A DNA stretch of 53,979 nt, filler included, from Sphacelaria rigidula (Eukaryota): assembly GCA_964200075.2 (NCBI GenBank). It is 3 parts of 3 records of this genome, joined end to end, with 100 filler letters (N's around TTAATTAATTAA, not from the genome) between each part and the next. Parts side by side here need not be neighbours in the genome. Positions count along the whole stretch, not along the records: positions 36,065 to 53,979 come from CAXNAA020000963.1; 2 more parts are not named here. One strand, given 5' to 3'. Positions 49,802-53,979 of this stretch are shown piece by piece. How positions within the stretch are numbered: the stretch's first letter is position 1; the number at the start of each line of letters is the position of its first letter. Below the pieces are notes generated by a model. That model did no database searches. It was not told the DNA's origin and saw nothing but the letters and a program-made list of their open reading frames with translations. A program made the translations under genes and the position numbers.

Positions 49802-50855
49802 TTAAAAGTAGCGCCATTTGTAAACTGTCAACGGTGAGTATCTCATGGAAGTGGCGTAAACCTCTCTCCTCCCCTCTTCCGTCTGTTGGTGTCATGCACG
49901 CTAACTGGTCGTTGGCCTCGAGATGGCACACGGAGTCACTTCACTCTCTTGTCCGTTGCAATTCGCGAGATCCTTTCGAAATGGGGCCGTGGTCTCGCGG
50001 GTGTCGGCTATTTTAATGAACAGCTGAATGTTGGAGCACGTGTATTTATAATATACCTCTACAAAACATTGAAGAAACTACAGTGATAGTGCGCGGACAA
50101 GCCCTTCCTGTTCACCGAGCCGAATCTCAAATGTATATCTTTTGCTCCGTTCCATCGACCACGAGTACACACCACCAGCGGCGAGAGCTGTGCGTCTGCT
50201 ATGGTATCGTGTCGTATACGTAGATCAACATAGCATACCGTGTGCCCGAGTACTGCGCCGCCCGAGTACTCCGCCACCTTCGGAAAAAGTGCCAGATCAT
50301 CGATGCAGATCGCCGAAGATGCGTCCACGTGGTACGGGATTGTGGAGGGACGAGTGAAGAAGTACATGGCAGATAAGACTAGCGCGCGCTATACCAAGAA
50401 ACTTATAGCTGTGTTATTAGGCCGTGACTTATCAGAGGCATCCTAAACTCGAGATTCCCGGCATATTTAACAGTGTATTTCACAGAAAAATATCTCGGGA
50501 ACTTTTAGTTCGAGATGCCTTGATCAAGAAAATAATTTCGACCAAATTCTCTGTCCGTTGAATTTGACAGTGACTAATGAAAACCTCATGATCAGCAGAA
50601 TTTATCCGCCATCCTTATCGAAGGGAAGCCTTAGACTCGATACAAGAACGTGACGTCGTGACAGCATGCAACTAGATCAGTGCGTCATACGCCCGACAGA
50701 TGCATCGGCCATTTCTTGACCAACCGCTACTGTCTGCCCCACCAGTACATCGCATTAGTATGTCATTGCTAACAGCTGCACACAGACAGTAAAGTACGCG
50801 GCTTTCGAGCATGCTTCGGCCCCATTTCATGTAAAAAAATATGTTGGCATCTTAA

Positions 50856-50957
50856 CCCTTTGATCGCGAGAGTGGGCCACCTGCTGCGTCGGTATCAACA
50901 TTCACTTGGAGAAAGAGTACCTGATCCACGTGGACTACCCCCACCGCGGTCTGAGAA
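50856..50957 (-). mobile_element. piggyBac-like MITE
   Basis: TTAA at 50852-50855 and 50958-50961. Reverse complement of the 53048 copy. Confidence 0.75.
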
Positions 50958-51315
50958 TTAATACTGTCTGTATATACAGGTTGTTTACTCAAGCAGTCAA
51001 CATCCGTGTTGGGGCAATTTTTGTAATACTCTTGGAGTTGACGACTTATGAAAGATTTTTTACGCCAGGCACCGCCATTACATCGAAGATTGAATCGCAA
51101 ACCTCTCGGGAGTGGGACATGTTCGAGATGTTCTTCTCCGCTCTACATTCAGAATAGAGAACATTTCTACAACCAACACGGCGCGACGTACAGATTGACC
51201 GGTCGTGGGGGGTCGGTCCTGCGTCAACATAGCCCGAGGTCATGACTCTTCGGTACTCTCTCTATCGAACTAATCCCGATGGTTCTCGTGAACAAGAGAG
51301 ACTTTGTTTTTCAAA

Positions 51316-51415
51316 CACTTGGACCGCGATGCCGGTGGTCCATCTGGATCACGAATACTTTTCTCAAGTGAAATCGATGCCGATTCAGCTGGTGACCTAC
51401 TCTCCTGGTCAAGGG
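51316..51415 (+). mobile_element. piggyBac-like MITE
   Basis: cacttggaccgcga … ggtcaaggg|tttaa, shared internal core. Confidence 0.7.
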
Positions 51416-52002
51416 TTTAATGCATTACGTAATCCCTGCGCCAGAGCTGAAGAACTGTTAAATGGACAATTCACAATCAAAAACACCCGTTGGTAACGAG
51501 GTGTGCATGTACAGAGGCGTGGATCAAATCTCCATTCTTTGCTCGAAATATTGTCGAGAGCTTTTTTTTTATTGCTTTAGTCCACCAGTGAACAGGTGAA
51601 ACTTTGAAAAAATGGTTCCTTATGTCGGTTCCCGAGAACAATTGGGATCCGTTCGATCGAACGAAAATACCGAAGAATACAACCTGGCGCTACGTAGTCG
51701 CAGGACCCCTTTGACCGATCAGTCCGTAAAGTCGCTCGAGATTGACCGCAGATTTTTTTTTTTCGGAATGTGAACGGGATACCACTCGCGATCCCCGACA
51801 GATTGTCCGACACAGTTTCTTGGAATGTCAGATGAGCCAGGGGTCGACGACTGCGTGGAGCACAGCACCTTCTAGTGTGCTTTAAAAGTGTACCGGTCGG
51901 TAAGTAGAGTACCGTGTGAACAGCAATACATGGTCATCTGGACAGCAGAAAACCCTCCGTTCTCTACTGGTTACAGGATGTGTCTTAGACCCTATCTTGG
52001 GT

Positions 52003-52680
52003 CCTGTCTTAGCACAACAGTTTTCGATCGAAACAGTGCGGTGGAAAACAAAAATCCTGATCTGATAGGTCATGATTTCAACCATCTTCAAAAAGATCCT
52101 GACCTGATAGGCATGGCCTTAGCACATTAATTTTCGATCGAAAAAGTGCGGTGGAAAGCAAAAATCCAGATCTGATTAGGTCGTAATTTCAACCATCGTC
52201 GTGAATGTTGAATATGGTTGAAATCATGACCTATCAGATCGGGATTATTGTTTTCCATCGCACTTCTTCGATCGAAAACTATTGTGCTAAGACAGGCCCT
52301 GAGACAGGGCCTTATACCGTGTCTTATCAAATTGTTTTCGACTCGAAAACGTACGGTGGAATCGAATTTGCTTTTACCTGATACGTCCACGGCATCCATG
52401 TTCTTAACCATCTGAGAAAATCAATAGCGTGAGCGAATCAGAAACGAGGGAATTCGATTCGACCGCACGTTTTCGACACGAAGACAATTTGCCAAGACAC
52501 GGCCTTAGCACATCATTTCTCGATCGGAAAAGTGCGGTGGAAAACAAAAATCCCGATCTGATAGGTCGTGATTTCAACCATCTTCAAAAATAGACTGCGA
52601 TAGTCGAAATCACGACTTGTCAGATCGGAGTTTCCTGTTTCCATCACACAGTTTCGCTCGAAAAAGAATGCGCGAAGACA
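52003..52680. repeat. Tandem array of ~180-bp hairpin units
   Basis: Half unit 52003-52093; palindromic units ~52116-52295, ~52320-52500 (variant) and ~52502-52680. Confidence 0.82.
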
Positions 52681-53047
52681 CGCCCTCACCAACACAGTGC
52701 TTCATCCAAGCAACGTCCTGCAGGCCATCACGGGCGAGTCTTGAAAAAAAAAGCAGCGGAAGTGATTCAGAACAACTTCGCTCGTTTTGTGTGGTTGGGA
52801 TCCGAATCTGCAAGAGCAAAAAGAAGAAATGTGCTGGGACGTCAGAGCCAACGGCGAATACCACCCTTTACCTCACAGTTGTTCACACGGTGGTCCCGAT
52901 AAACACCCGATGCAGTGCCTGATAGCTTATACCGTATTGTAGTCCTGTATCAATCACCTAATTGATTGCTTGTTGGTATTTGCGTCTATCCGTTACGAAC
53001 TGCAGCACCACTGTCGGTTCTTGTGATGTTATAGTGCGTCACTTTAA

Positions 53048-53144
53048 CCCCCAGACCGCGAGGGCACTTCATCTGGACCATGCATACTTTCTCAATTGAA
53101 ATTGATGTCTTTCCAACAGATGACCTACTCTCGCTGTCCAAGGG
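53048..53144 (+). mobile_element. piggyBac-like MITE (best preserved, 97 bp)
   Basis: TTAA|cccccagaccgcgag … ctcgctgtccaaggg|TTAA. Confidence 0.82.
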
Positions 53145-53219
53145 TTAAATCGACGATTCTCGTAAAAATCCCGGAAAACGTTAATGCAAATGGTCGCCGC
53201 TCGGTATATATCCCACCGA

Positions 53220-53410
53220 CGCCACCAGAAAAAATATTGGAAGTTTTCGTGAATTGCGTCCCGAACCGCAGGCAGGTGGGCAGTGGACCCAGCTCGTCCA
53301 GAACATGGTCTGCCAACGAACACGTTGCCTGGGGGGACTATAATAATACACCCCCCTTGCCCGAGGGTCTCGTACGCCTTGGGTCGGGGTTAGGGTTGGG
53401 GTTTCAGCGT
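53220..53410 (-). repeat. Copy of the telomeric-hexamer-bearing repeat
   Basis: gacccagctcgtccagaac and ccccttgcccgaggg…gtcggggttagggtt are reverse complements of parts of 38117-38290. Confidence 0.72.
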
Positions 53411-53924
53411 TTTCGTTAGTTTGTTCAAAAAAATGAACCGTAGGTAAACGACAATACTTTAGGTCGCCCACAAAGCAGCTAGTATCAATAGTCCACATAG
53501 GCTATGAAGTCGATCGTCAACCATGATTGAAGAAAAAACACTTGCGTGCGGTAGGAAGCGTCAACAAGGATACACAGATCGATTTACACACAGCTGAAGG
53601 AAATGGTGTTCGGGCCATTGCTACGACATATCAACCATCCTAGAATGTCAGAAGTGATTGATCCGTAGACACTCTATCCACAACCAATCGTGTCCCATCA
53701 ACCCCGCTGGGCTGACTGCCACGTTCAAGAATCGGAGAGGAAAAAGAGCGGACAGCCTTGCCACATTTCCGTTGTCGAGCCCCGGCAAGTTCTACGCCTG
53801 AACCTTCTGCTGCTCGAGCTACTCATACAGTGCAGGACAAGTGTTGTGTGACGTACACTCAGCTACTCGGTTTCCTGACAGAAGTTACGTCCAAATCAAT
53901 CCATTTTCGTTCCCCACACATCAC

Positions 53925-53979
53925 CGACAGGTGTAATCCGGCGTCCAGCATAGATGGGACGTCAACTACAACAACACAC
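53925..53979 (+). mobile_element. SINE 3'-end fragment
   Basis: ggtgta…ggcgtccag.atagatgggacg.caac…acacac. Confidence 0.7.

Overview
Eukaryotic, intron-rich and transposon-rich DNA. Gene structure and repeat style suggest a brown alga or other stramenopile (inference). The window is three unrelated scaffolds of 17,933, 17,931 and 17,915 bp joined by artificial N44-TTAATTAATTAA-N44 linkers, so nothing should be read across 17934-18033 or 35965-36064. Segment 1 holds the first exon of a CFAP57/WDR65-like WD40 gene, a ~63-bp tandem array, two decayed APE+RT LINEs in inverted orientation and a chromodomain Ty3/gypsy fragment. Segment 2 holds a divergent gene pair: a Lys/Gly-rich first exon on minus, and a multi-exon coiled-coil gene on plus whose five downstream exons splice in frame. 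It also has a tRNA-derived SINE, foldback elements and LINE fragments. Segment 3 holds the 90-nt first exon of a NAK-family kinase (absent from the ORF track) with an upstream (CTG)20 tract, then ~17 kb of nested non-autonomous elements: piggyBac-like TTAA MITEs, a ~1.4-kb foldback, hairpin tandem repeats and a repeat carrying telomeric hexamers. The most notable signal is that the LINE family ends in, and apparently targets, oligo(C) tracts, with one clean C9-TATCG target-site duplication.
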